Positions 1-9,279 of a stretch of DNA of 48,580 bases are shown piece after piece. Numbering within the stretch: position 1 is the stretch's first letter; each line of letters opens with the position of its first letter. The stretch spans positions 1-48,580 of the IMG/VR virus record IMGVR_UViG_3300046383_000033; one strand, 5' to 3'. The notes under the pieces are model-generated. The model was not told the origin of the DNA and ran no database searches. It was given only the letters and a program-made list of their open reading frames with translations. The position numbers and the translations under genes were made by a program. The DNA comes from a virus (taxonomy: Duplodnaviria; Caudoviricetes).

Positions 1-41
1 ATGTGCGGTGACTGAAAATACAGGTTCGGAATTGTTGCCAT
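1..41 (-). CDS. 5' end of a gene running off the left edge (MATIPNLYFQSPH...), probably an internal virion protein
   Basis: ATG at 41-39 with GGAG 6 nt upstream, just after the stop of 53..841; frame open to the window edge. Confidence 0.6.
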   Translation of the reverse strand, partial: MATIPNLYFQSPH

Positions 42-52
42 GTCGCGCTCCG

Positions 53-841
53 CTAATACATCGGAATGAAGCGAGCCGCCGCCTGCTGGTTCGGCGTCAT
101 GAACCAGTAAGGGTTGAATGCCGAGCCGAACTGCGACGCCGCCGCACCCACGCCCGGCTGCACGAGTCCAGCGGCGGCGGCTTCTGCGTTGGCGGAGGCA
201 GCGGCGGTGCTACCCGGCGACACGCCGGCCGCGCCACCACCGCCGAGCGCATACGGAGCCATGACCATCGCGGCGAGCTTCATCACATCGCCGGCCGTGC
301 TCCACTCGCGGCCTGTCTGGCCGGCGTACCGCATGCGAGCTGGTAGTACGTATTCCTGAAATCGCTGGATGGACTGATTGCGCGCATCGATGTCCTGGCC
401 GAATCGCGTCGCGGCAGTGCCGGTCTGCTGCATCACGTCGCCGTAGCTGTTCAACGCGGCGCGCAACTTCGCCCGCGTGGCAAGGTAGTCGTTCTCCCGG
501 TTCAACGTGTCAGTGGCGAACTTGACGTTCGTGGCGCTTGGCGGAGCGCTCGGGTCGAGGAATCGTGTCTCGCCGGCCGCGTCCGTCGTTGGAGCGGGGA
601 GCTGCGTGCGGGTTGCCTGTTCACGCGCGGCGGCGGCGGCGGCTTCCTTCTCCTTCTGTCCTGAGAAGAGCTGCATTGACTGCTGCGCGCTCGTCTCATT
701 CTCGCGCTGGCGCTTCTCGCGTCGTTCGCGTTCCTCGGCGAGTGCCTTATTTTGTTCCTTGCCGACCTTGTGCGTCGCCTGCGCCTGAGCGCCAGTGCCG
801 GCGAGCATGAGGGCGAGCATCACCCATGTCATCGGGTCCAT
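53..841 (-). CDS. putative internal virion/ejection protein
   Basis: MDPMT start with Ala/Gly-rich hydrophobic N-terminus and a coiled coil; position after the tail genes is typical of podovirus ejection proteins. Confidence 0.6.
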   Translation of the reverse strand: MDPMTWVMLALMLAGTGAQAQATHKVGKEQNKALAEERERREKRQRENETSAQQSMQLFSGQKEKEAAAAAAREQATRTQLPAPTTDAAGETRFLDPSAPPSATNVKFATDTLNRENDYLATRAKLRAALNSYGDVMQQTGTAATRFGQDIDARNQSIQRFQEYVLPARMRYAGQTGREWSTAGDVMKLAAMVMAPYALGGGGAAGVSPGSTAAASANAEAAAAGLVQPGVGAAASQFGSAFNPYWFMTPNQQAAARFIPMY

Positions 842-843
842 GG

Positions 844-1458
844 CTATCTACCTCCGACGTTGCGCATGTAGCGCGTCAGGTTGTTGCCCCAGTTCGACAC
901 GCCGAGGTTGTAACGGTTGGTGCCCTGTCGTTCGAGGTCGGCCTGAGTCGCAAGTCCCGCCGTGAAGTCCTGAAACACGGAGCCCAATGGCGAGAAAGAC
1001 GGGCGCTGGTTCAGGTTCGCGATTCGCTGTGATGCTTGCGCGTTGGCTTGGCCCAGGTTGGCCGTGCTCGCGAGCTGGCCGAGAACGGCGGACTCTGAGT
1101 CCAGCACTTCATTTCGACGCTGCTGCTCGATCCCCATCGCCGTCTCGGTGATGTCGGCCTTGCGCTTTTCCAGTTCCGCGTCCGCCTTGGCGAGCTTGTT
1201 GAAACCGAAAGATGAGTCATACATGCCGGAACGCCGCAGCGCGTACTCCAGTTGCTTGCGTGCCTCATCGAATTGCGTCTGTACCTCTTTGCGCCCGTAG
1301 TCCTCGTATGCCTTCCGAATGCCACCGTAGTAATCGCCGTTGAAGTTCTCCGCGAAGAGCTGGCGCACCTGCTGTGTGCCTTCTTGTACTCTCCGTTCAC
1401 GTGCCTCTTCTTCCTCGCGAGCGCGCCGCGCTTCGCGTCCAGCACTACCGCCGCCCAT
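844..1458 (-). CDS. putative internal virion/ejection protein
   Basis: MGGGS start with AAGGAG RBS; helical, Q/A-rich; synteny. Confidence 0.6.
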   Translation of the reverse strand: MGGGSAGREARRAREEEEARERRVQEGTQQVRQLFAENFNGDYYGGIRKAYEDYGRKEVQTQFDEARKQLEYALRRSGMYDSSFGFNKLAKADAELEKRKADITETAMGIEQQRRNEVLDSESAVLGQLASTANLGQANAQASQRIANLNQRPSFSPLGSVFQDFTAGLATQADLERQGTNRYNLGVSNWGNNLTRYMRNVGGR

Positions 1459-1918
1459 GATGCAACTCCTTCGCGTATTCGATTCCGCGCATCTTGTAGC
1501 CGACGCGGGACGCAACGCGCAGGAATGCAGCGCGCCGCGAGTAAAAACGGATGTACTTCGCGCCGATCTTGGCCGCGAAGGCTTCGAGGTGCGGCTGATA
1601 CCGCATGATTACGTCGCCGCCTTGATGCCACAGAAGATAGACAAACAACTCGCTTGCCTTCTCCGCATACGGATACGGCTGAAGAATCACCACGGCGAAC
1701 GCCGCCGGGTCATCGTCGTCCGTAAGCAGCATGGCAAGGTCGTTGTCGAGCATCTTGCGCACGCTCGCAACGGTCCATTCCTGTTCATCGTGCATGGCGT
1801 GCAATGTTTCTAGCCCCGGCAGCACGCGCGGCCACACCACGCGATGATCCGCGAGGCGGAAACGGCAGTCGGCGAGCCGATCAGTCTGCCGTGGATTCAG
1901 TGTAGTGGACTGTTGCAT
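1445..1918 (-). CDS. GNAT-fold-like virion-module protein (start uncertain)
   Basis: 'LEAFAAKIGAKYIRFYSRRAAFLRV...GY' resembles the acetyltransferase-like gene found between tail and ejection genes in podoviruses. Confidence 0.55.
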   Translation of the reverse strand: MQQSTTLNPRQTDRLADCRFRLADHRVVWPRVLPGLETLHAMHDEQEWTVASVRKMLDNDLAMLLTDDDDPAAFAVVILQPYPYAEKASELFVYLLWHQGGDVIMRYQPHLEAFAAKIGAKYIRFYSRRAAFLRVASRVGYKMRGIEYAKELHHGRR

Positions 1919-3818
1919 TGCCTAACTTCGCTGGGCCAACAAACGTTGATGTGAACTGAAGAGAGACGCCCGGCGATTCACCGTTCATCGCGATCTTCTG
2001 CTGTGCGTAGGTGCTCTTTGTGAGGTTCGCGATCAGATCGAGCGCCGCAGGTACTGTCGGATCGAACGACGCGCGCACGGTCCATGCGCCGTACATTGCC
2101 ACGTCGAGCCCGGACCAATTTTTGTGCGTGGCAGGCTTGCCGCCATCGATGTATGGCACTCGGCTCAGAGCTTCGGTGGCGTCGTATACCGTGCCGGCCT
2201 CGCCGCCGTAACAAATTACGTTATCGCCGCTACGCCAGTACACGCTGTCGTCGGAAGTGTTCGCCATGTACACGGGCGCGGTAGTGGCGTCGTACCACGT
2301 CCACGCCGCGATGCGACTCGATGGGTAGTAAGACAGTACATAGATGCGGTCGAAGAGCGCCATCCACAGCCGACCGGAACGCGGCTCCACAAGCCCCCAT
2401 ACGCGGTGATACTTCTGTTCGTCAGTCATGATCGCGATCTTCGCTTTCACGAGTTCATCGATCATGTTGCCGATGTCGGCGGCAAACGCGGCATCGGATG
2501 AGTCGCGCGCCCGCAGCGAGCGAATGCCGCTGATGTCGAGATACATCACCTCACCCTCGCCGAATGAGGTGACGCTGTGCGGAGCGAACGTGCCGGTGTT
2601 GTGCAGGACTTGGCGCTTGAAGCTCTTCAGCGCGTCCTCGTCCATGTGATAGATGATTACGTGGCGCGTGCCGAAGATCGCGAGGTCAGTGCGATACTCG
2701 GAGAGTGAAATGAGCTTCGGCCTTCGCGGCGTTATCATGGTCATGTTGATCTGACCCGCGCCTTGCAACTGGTCTTCCCACTCATCCGGCTTACGGGCGG
2801 CGCTGCGATTCAGATACGCGTTCGGATACGCGTCCTGCACGGCCCACATGTGCTCGTTGTGCGCGATTGCAAACGTTCCCTTGTTGATCGGCGGGAGAGG
2901 GCCACTCGGAGCAGGCGATGGCGGCGGTGGTCCAGGTGGCGGCGCGACGCCACCGGACAGCGACTCACTACCCGATGGCCACACGCGGCAATTGCTCAGG
3001 GAAATTTCGATCTTCCAGCCGTTGTATGTCGTGTTGGCGTCGTCCACGAACACAGGTGATAAGTTGATGCCGGAGTTCGACGCGTACACCTTCGGGACTG
3101 TGACGGTGGTATTGATGAGGCCAGCGATAAGCGAGGTGACTTGCGCCTCGTTGGTTGCGGCCGCAACGAACTGGGTGTTGCAGAACGGGAAGCCGCTGGA
3201 GACGCCGTCCTGCGGGATCAACATGAAGGCATCGACGCCGAAGTTGTACGTGCTCGCGGGCGCGACTAGATAGACCCATTGCACATACACATCGGGCGGC
3301 GGGGTTGTTCCGGTGCCGGTCAACTGCAAGTAGAAGTTTGTCTGCGGTTTGTTGGCCGGCCCTGTCGGCGGTGGCGTCGTCGAGCCGCCGCTGCCGTCAT
3401 CGCCGGGCGGGATCGGCTTCTCGCGGATGAGCGCGTCGTTCCACCAGTGCAGCGGGCTGCCGCCAGCGTACTGGGCGATCACGTACATGCCGCCGTTGAA
3501 TTCCTCCACCGACATGATGTGTGTGAGGGCGAAGCCGTCAGGATGCGGGATCGAGTGATACACGCTGTTGGGAGGCATGCCGGCGGGAGCCGTGGCCGCA
3601 TCGCCCCACGTGTTGAGAACGCGGCCTTCCGTGACGTAGAGGCCAATCGTGCCGGCCGGCAACGTCGCAACAATGCTGAACGCTGCGCGCTTCTCGATTT
3701 CGCCGCCCAAGGTCACATGACAGTCGCGCGCATCGAGCAACGCGCCTGGCTCGATGGTGTCCAAGAGCTTGCGGGTGTCGATGCCGCGCTCAAATGCCTT
3801 GATGAGCGTGTAGCCCAT
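1881..3818 (-). CDS. tail tubular protein B / packaged-DNA stabilisation (nozzle) protein
   Basis: 645 aa, beta-rich; 'F.RGIDTR...LLDARDC...GEIEKR' N-terminus; lies downstream of the adaptor gene. Confidence 0.75.
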   Translation of the reverse strand: MGYTLIKAFERGIDTRKLLDTIEPGALLDARDCHVTLGGEIEKRAAFSIVATLPAGTIGLYVTEGRVLNTWGDAATAPAGMPPNSVYHSIPHPDGFALTHIMSVEEFNGGMYVIAQYAGGSPLHWWNDALIREKPIPPGDDGSGGSTTPPPTGPANKPQTNFYLQLTGTGTTPPPDVYVQWVYLVAPASTYNFGVDAFMLIPQDGVSSGFPFCNTQFVAAATNEAQVTSLIAGLINTTVTVPKVYASNSGINLSPVFVDDANTTYNGWKIEISLSNCRVWPSGSESLSGGVAPPPGPPPPSPAPSGPLPPINKGTFAIAHNEHMWAVQDAYPNAYLNRSAARKPDEWEDQLQGAGQINMTMITPRRPKLISLSEYRTDLAIFGTRHVIIYHMDEDALKSFKRQVLHNTGTFAPHSVTSFGEGEVMYLDISGIRSLRARDSSDAAFAADIGNMIDELVKAKIAIMTDEQKYHRVWGLVEPRSGRLWMALFDRIYVLSYYPSSRIAAWTWYDATTAPVYMANTSDDSVYWRSGDNVICYGGEAGTVYDATEALSRVPYIDGGKPATHKNWSGLDVAMYGAWTVRASFDPTVPAALDLIANLTKSTYAQQKIAMNGESPGVSLQFTSTFVGPAKLGNATVHYTESTAD

Positions 3819-4586
3819 TCAGCGCCCCGCGATAGACCAAGGCACCGGATGCGCAAACACTTCGGGCTGCTTCTTCTCCTCGTCGCTGCCGTCGCCATTC
3901 AAGTTGAAGGTTCGATTCTTTTCCTGATTGCCGCGCAGCATCGCGTATAGCTTCTGTGCGGCCTGCGCCTTGGCCTGCGCGTCGTCCTTGCGGTCGCGCA
4001 GGAGCACTTCCGCCGCTGCAAAGAGAACGATCAGATCGCCATCGAGGTCGCAGCGGTCGCTGTCGCTGTTGAACGGACGCAAGAAGCGGATACCGGTCAG
4101 GCGAATCCAGCCCTCTTCGTCGCTGCCCGGCGCATCTGGCGTGCCGCTGTCAGACGGCATCGGCCAAACTTCGATCATGCCGCGATTGTCAGGCGTACCA
4201 GTCGTGTCGGCCGGGTCCTCCGCAACGTCCCAATTCCTGATGGGCCATGATCGTTCATCGATACGCGGATCGTAGATGCTGTACTGCCGCTCGTTGATGC
4301 CGAACACGAGCGGCAACCACTGCCCGCCGAACTTCACCTCCGCAGCGTCGATGCGCTCGTAGGGCAAATCAGTCGGGCAGTTGTAGTAACGCTGTCCCGA
4401 GTTCAACTGCATGTCGCGCGACACGCGCATGTGCATCCAGTCCCAATCGCTCCACAGCCGGCGCTGCGTGCGCTTGAGGACTTGCACGAGAGAATCGCGA
4501 TTGTTGATGCCGTGGGCGGCGTTGCTGCTGTAACCGCACTCCGCTTTCAGGTCACTCAACAACTCGTTGAGTGTTTGGCCGCGCAT
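3819..4586 (-). CDS. tail tubular protein A / head-tail adaptor
   Basis: 'TLNELLSDLKAE...WDW...IEVWPMP...LIVLFAAAE' adaptor-like pattern; synteny. Confidence 0.7.
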   Translation of the reverse strand: MRGQTLNELLSDLKAECGYSSNAAHGINNRDSLVQVLKRTQRRLWSDWDWMHMRVSRDMQLNSGQRYYNCPTDLPYERIDAAEVKFGGQWLPLVFGINERQYSIYDPRIDERSWPIRNWDVAEDPADTTGTPDNRGMIEVWPMPSDSGTPDAPGSDEEGWIRLTGIRFLRPFNSDSDRCDLDGDLIVLFAAAEVLLRDRKDDAQAKAQAAQKLYAMLRGNQEKNRTFNLNGDGSDEEKKQPEVFAHPVPWSIAGR

Positions 4587-4590
4587 CGCG

Positions 4591-4929
4591 TCACGCTTTG
4601 GCGCTGACCGCGTAGGGCGCTGCCGCCTCCGCTGGTCTCAGCAACGAGGGGTTGATGCCGAGCACATCGATACGCATGGGGAACGCTGGGCCGGGGAAGT
4701 CGCGCCAAATGTTCTGCACGCGTGCGTGATGCAGCGGATACAGCTCCTTGAGTCTCGCAATTTCCTCCGATGGTTCGCGCTTTACGTCGCCGGATGGCTC
4801 GATCTGGAGGACGGAGTCCGCGCCATGCAAGCCCTGCAAGAGCAGGATTTCCGCAGGCGTCAGCCCGATCTTCCAAACCATGTTGTTGCGGTCGCCGGTG
4901 AGAGCTACCAGTGCGTTCAATGTCTGCAT
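4591..4929 (-). CDS. conserved hypothetical protein downstream of capsid
   Basis: ATG at 4929 with GAGG RBS; fills the capsid-adaptor gap. Confidence 0.65.
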   Translation of the reverse strand: MQTLNALVALTGDRNNMVWKIGLTPAEILLLQGLHGADSVLQIEPSGDVKREPSEEIARLKELYPLHHARVQNIWRDFPGPAFPMRIDVLGINPSLLRPAEAAAPYAVSAKA

Positions 4930-4950
4930 GTTCGACCCTCGCGTGATGAA

Positions 4951-4976
4951 GCGGGGCGGCACGACACCGCCCCGCG
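4951..4976 (-). terminator. GC-rich hairpin after major capsid gene (weak terminator or stabiliser)
   Basis: GCGGGGCGG/CCGCCCCGC inverted repeat; poor U-tract. Confidence 0.4.
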
Positions 4977-4984
4977 AGACTGCA

Positions 4985-6043
4985 TCAAGTAACTTGATAC
5001 AGGCCGTGACAGTTGAGCTGATCGGCGCAGAGCTGCCCGGTGTACGTGCGCGCCTTGAAGAGCGCATACACGTCGTGCGGTCGGGCAGGGGCGTGATCCT
5101 TGCCCCACTCCTGTTCCATCGCATACGGATACAGGTGCTTCGTATCGACTACGTAGCAGGCGTTCGTGAAGCCCGCGCCCAGATCATCGAGCGTCGGGTC
5201 GTACATGAACTTCAGGTTGTTGTAGCTGATGTCCGCGATGGCGATGTCGGTGGACTGCGGGCGAGTCCAGCCGGCATCGGTGTAGTAGCCCTTGTCGCGG
5301 AGCTGCTTCACCAACACATCGAGGAACGCCGAGCCCGCGAGAGCCAGGTTCGGATTGCCGCCGTACCGGCGGAGCTGACGCATCTCAGCGTGGAACGCGT
5401 TTGGAATTTCGATGGTCGCGCCGGCCCAGGTCGCGAAACGATTTCTCCACCACGTATTCGTCGCGCGGTCGAGGCCACCCGTCACGCCGACCGCAGGCGT
5501 CGCCGTGATGAAGTAGCGCAGGCCGAGGAAGCCGAGCGGATCGGCCGTGCCATCACCCCAGAACATCGTGTTGAGAGACTTGGCGGTGATTTCGCCGAAG
5601 GTCTCAACCTTGTCCTGCATGATGTTCGTGATCGCCGTGACTTCGCGGCGGCTGTGCTTGCTGGTGTTCTCGCCGAACGCGGAATCCGTGACGGTGATGC
5701 CGTCGATCTTCAGTTCCGTGAAAGTGCAGTTCCAGCCGGTATGCACTTCGCGCCACGGATACTTGACGCGCTCGATGCCGGCGATGTTGCCGTAGGCAAC
5801 CGCGTCGTCATGCGTGAAGCCGCGCAGTGAGCCAGTCGGGGGAACGGCCGCGCCTTCAAACGCGTACTTGCCCTTGACCGGGATGGTGATGTCGCCCTTG
5901 CCGCCGGGGAATGTTTTCCGCGAACTTTCGAGCTTGGTCAGGAGCGGTTTGTCCTGAATGCTCTGAGGAAGCGGCTGCCCCTTGAAATGAAAGTCGAGAG
6001 CGGCATTGGCAATGGATGCCAGCTCCGACGCAGTGAATGCCAT
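4985..6043 (-). CDS. major capsid protein
   Basis: 352 aa after the scaffold; strong RBS GGAGG; HK97-type features ('GDGT', 'GGLDRATNTWWRN', 'YDPTLD'). Confidence 0.85.
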   Translation of the reverse strand: MAFTASELASIANAALDFHFKGQPLPQSIQDKPLLTKLESSRKTFPGGKGDITIPVKGKYAFEGAAVPPTGSLRGFTHDDAVAYGNIAGIERVKYPWREVHTGWNCTFTELKIDGITVTDSAFGENTSKHSRREVTAITNIMQDKVETFGEITAKSLNTMFWGDGTADPLGFLGLRYFITATPAVGVTGGLDRATNTWWRNRFATWAGATIEIPNAFHAEMRQLRRYGGNPNLALAGSAFLDVLVKQLRDKGYYTDAGWTRPQSTDIAIADISYNNLKFMYDPTLDDLGAGFTNACYVVDTKHLYPYAMEQEWGKDHAPARPHDVYALFKARTYTGQLCADQLNCHGLYQVT

Positions 6044-6072
6044 GTTTCAGCCTCCGAACGAGGCCGACCGAA

Positions 6073-7173
6073 CTACCCGCCCAGCGCGTTCTCGATTGCT
6101 TCGCGCATTGTTTTGGGCTGTGCCTCGGCCGGCTTGGTGAGTCGTCGGCCGACCGTTGGACTAGCTACAGCACGAGGTTGCGGCTTGAAGGCTGACAGTC
6201 GCTTGGTCACGGTGTCGTAGGCTGTTTTGGCCATCGCCCGCGCATCTGCAACTGTTCCCGGCACGCCGTTCTTCGTGACCAATGCTGTCAACGCATCGAC
6301 CACCATTTCATGCTTTTCCGGCGTGTAGTCGGGGTCGGAGGCTTTCAGTTCTGCCTGATACGCGTTGACCGAATCGTGAATTTCGCGCGTTTTCTGCGTG
6401 GCGCTGATGCGATTGCTTTCCGCTGCTTCCGCCTCGTGGCGGGTTCTGTCGAGGACGCTGCCAGCTCGAAGCTGCGCAACCTCCTTCGCCGTGGCCTCAT
6501 CCAGAACGCCGTCATCGACCTTCTGTTTCAAGTCGGCCGGCAGTGAGTGCCCGACCTTCTCTTGCCACGTCGCGGTGAACTCCTGCAATTGTTCGACCGC
6601 TGCCTTCGGATCGCTCGCAAGGAGTCTGGGCCATGCGAATAGTTTGGCCATGTCCTCTTGCGACATGCCCATCTTCATCGCGTCGCGGCCGATGTCGGCC
6701 AGCGTGGCGTCCATCGAGCGGTATCGCTCGTTGACTCCCTTCAGGGCTTTGTTCTCGTTCAAGACCTCGCGAAAGCGCTCGATCTTGTTGAGTGGAACTT
6801 CACCCTTGAATTTTTCCAGCGCCGCGAGCAACGCGTCGTCGCTCACGTCGTCTTTCGTATCTGGCTTCTTTCCGCCTTCGGTTTCCGGCTCGTCGCCTTC
6901 GGCGGTGGACGGGTCCGCTTTGGACTTGATTACTACCGGAGCCTCGTCGTCCTCCAAGTCAGTGACTTCGAGTGCGCCTTTGACGGCATCCAGCAGGGTC
7001 TTCTTGTCCTCGTCCTTCGCAGTTGACGACTCTGCGGGCGCGTTTTTCGCGCTTGCGTCGGGGGCTGGTTCGCTTCCGGGTGACGATTCCGGTTCCGGGG
7101 TGTCCTTCGATTCGTCTTCGTTCGGGGCCACGGGCGTCTCTGTTGAGCGAACGCGCGGAATATACGCCGACAA
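6073..7173 (-). CDS. capsid scaffolding protein
   Basis: Acidic disordered N-terminus, coiled coil, C-terminal 'PKTMREAIENALG'; lies between portal and capsid. Confidence 0.7.
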   Translation of the reverse strand: MSAYIPRVRSTETPVAPNEDESKDTPEPESSPGSEPAPDASAKNAPAESSTAKDEDKKTLLDAVKGALEVTDLEDDEAPVVIKSKADPSTAEGDEPETEGGKKPDTKDDVSDDALLAALEKFKGEVPLNKIERFREVLNENKALKGVNERYRSMDATLADIGRDAMKMGMSQEDMAKLFAWPRLLASDPKAAVEQLQEFTATWQEKVGHSLPADLKQKVDDGVLDEATAKEVAQLRAGSVLDRTRHEAEAAESNRISATQKTREIHDSVNAYQAELKASDPDYTPEKHEMVVDALTALVTKNGVPGTVADARAMAKTAYDTVTKRLSAFKPQPRAVASPTVGRRLTKPAEAQPKTMREAIENALGG

Positions 7174-7209
7174 ACCGATAGCGGTCTATAGACAACGGTC
7201 GGCGAACCC

Positions 7210-9279
7210 TCAGTTGTAGTTCGGAAGCGCCACGAGTGGCGGGCGTCCTGGTCCGCCTTGGCCGGGAAGCGCGGGGCTCGCACCTTGCGGTTGAGTCGGC
7301 GGGGCCTCGGCGTTGTTGGCACCCGCAGGTCCTTGAGCCGCCGGGTCTTCTGCCCCCGGCGCGGCCGGCTGCGGAGGGGGTGCATTGTTGAGCATCTGGA
7401 TAGATGGGAGGTTGGAGGTGAACGCTTCTGTGAGGTCAAGCGAGTCGTCGATGGCCTCGATCAGCTTCTCGCCCAACCACTGCGGATTGACGCCGGGAAT
7501 CTGGATGAGGAACGGCACGAGCTGCTGTAATGCCTGCTGGCGCTGCATCTTGTTCGGCCGGCCGTTCGAGCCGGCGACGATCTCCAGATGCATCTCGGCG
7601 GCGATCTGCTCGCGGTTCATCTGCGGCCAGATGGCACCGGGGCCGGCGATCTCCTGCACGGTCGCGGGGTCCAAATTCGCCAGCATGATCTGCGATGCGT
7701 CGCGCGCGAGAATCGAGAGGAAGTCGTTCAACTGGTCGGCCTCAGCTTCAAGCGCCGCCGTGCGCGCCTGCTCGGCGGTGGCCACGGCCGTCGCCGTGTC
7801 GCCGGAGCTGCCGCCGAAAGCGGGCTCAGCCATACCCACCGTCTTGTAAACGTCATCCATGATGCCAACCGATTCGTACAGGTTCGGATCGACGCCGACC
7901 TTGGGCAATGGCTGAAGCAAATCCGTGACCTTGTTGCCCGGCATCATGCCGTCGAGTTCGACCACGGCGTTGGCCTCCGCGCCTTGCAGCGCCGCCTTGT
8001 CACCCTCCGACAGCGCGCCCTTCGGCGTCACGTAGCCAGGACGGTTCGCCTTGCGGTGCTCGCGCAGCGCTTCCTTCTGCCGGTTCAGCTCCATCTGTTG
8101 CGGCGTCATGTTGCATACGTCGCTCGGCGGGAATAACTTCGTTGGATGTTCGAGTTCATTGAAGCACAGCGCATAAATCGGGAAGTAACGCTCGACCTGA
8201 ACCTCGGGGCCTTCGGGTTCTTTCAAGAAGTCCTTGTACCCGTCCGCCAGTTCAAACTTCAGCCCGGTCGGCTTGTGGTACATCATCCACACGCAAACAA
8301 GGTCATCATGCTTTCCGGTCAAGTCCGTGCGCGGATTCTGGCGGTACTCGATCCCCTGAGTGGAGTAAGCCGAATAGGACGGTCCGCCCGCAGGGGTAGC
8401 CGTTCCCGCTAGGTCGAGCTGATAAAATTCCTTCACCTCGTCGGGCGTCATAAACAGCTCTTCGGTCAGCCAGTCAGCGCCTATCCACCCGTCGAGCGCG
8501 ATGCACTTGCGATCAGGAATGACGGACGTTGCGCGCGGGAAGTCGAAGACCAAGCCCTCGCGGATAATCACCATGGCCTCCTTGCGCAACTGATCGACGG
8601 CCAGCCTCAGCTCTTCGGCCTCGGCGTCAAACATCGTTTTGTCACCCTCGGGACCGAGTTCATCGATAAGTCGCTGGATGTGGGCAAGGCGCTGCTGGCT
8701 GTCGGCGATCTTCGCCTTGTTGTCAGGCGACAGGTCCGTTTCGCGCTGAAAGCCGAGCTTCACGTAACCGACAGAGGCCTGAACTGCTGAGCGCACGCAG
8801 CGCTTCATCTGGCTCTTGAACGTCGGAATCTGCTCGTTGATGTAGTAGTGGAAGCAGCACTCCAGCGTCTTGCCGAGCTTCTTGTACATTTCCTCTTCGG
8901 CCTTGCCGGCCTGGATGTCCTGCAAGATCATCATCGCGGTCATCGGGTCTGGAAGTCCCTGCATCGCCATCTGCAACTGCTGCATGGTGCCATCCCAGAA
9001 CTTGAACTTCAGGCGCGGGCGGCACTTGGCCACGGCTCGAGGATTTTTGGCGTATAGGCTCGCAACCTTCTGGCGCACAAACCGCTGCGTGATGTTCACG
9101 CGGTAGTTTGTCTTCGGCCAACTCTTCGAGGCACCAGTCCACGCCACTTCCATGTCATCGAGCATCTGTTTGAACGCGTCGCGGAAGTGCTTCTTGTCCG
9201 CGCGCACGTCTTCTTGCAGTTCGAGCACCAGCGCACTGCGCGCCTCTGGGACTTCGATGTCATAGCCCTTGATAATCAT
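7210..9279 (-). CDS. portal protein
   Basis: About 690 aa directly after TerL; P22-like portal motifs ('TATAVATAEQ'); Pro/Gln-rich tail. Confidence 0.85.
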   Translation of the reverse strand: MIIKGYDIEVPEARSALVLELQEDVRADKKHFRDAFKQMLDDMEVAWTGASKSWPKTNYRVNITQRFVRQKVASLYAKNPRAVAKCRPRLKFKFWDGTMQQLQMAMQGLPDPMTAMMILQDIQAGKAEEEMYKKLGKTLECCFHYYINEQIPTFKSQMKRCVRSAVQASVGYVKLGFQRETDLSPDNKAKIADSQQRLAHIQRLIDELGPEGDKTMFDAEAEELRLAVDQLRKEAMVIIREGLVFDFPRATSVIPDRKCIALDGWIGADWLTEELFMTPDEVKEFYQLDLAGTATPAGGPSYSAYSTQGIEYRQNPRTDLTGKHDDLVCVWMMYHKPTGLKFELADGYKDFLKEPEGPEVQVERYFPIYALCFNELEHPTKLFPPSDVCNMTPQQMELNRQKEALREHRKANRPGYVTPKGALSEGDKAALQGAEANAVVELDGMMPGNKVTDLLQPLPKVGVDPNLYESVGIMDDVYKTVGMAEPAFGGSSGDTATAVATAEQARTAALEAEADQLNDFLSILARDASQIMLANLDPATVQEIAGPGAIWPQMNREQIAAEMHLEIVAGSNGRPNKMQRQQALQQLVPFLIQIPGVNPQWLGEKLIEAIDDSLDLTEAFTSNLPSIQMLNNAPPPQPAAPGAEDPAAQGPAGANNAEAPPTQPQGASPALPGQGGPGRPPLVALPNYN

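Noticed and set aside
4591-5124. Open frame overlapping the capsid 3' end, suggesting a T7 10B-style frameshift fusion
   Set aside because: No slippery heptamer seen; the downstream gene has its own RBS and ATG at 4929; open frames are common in GC-rich DNA
4748-5830. Long antisense ORFs (also 6398..7219, 27548..28840, 43587..44819)
   Set aside because: Shadows of real genes in GC-rich DNA; no RBS or motifs
7186-7195. GTCTATAGAC palindrome and scattered TRTAGAC words as a late promoter motif
   Set aside because: Too short and inconsistently positioned to support
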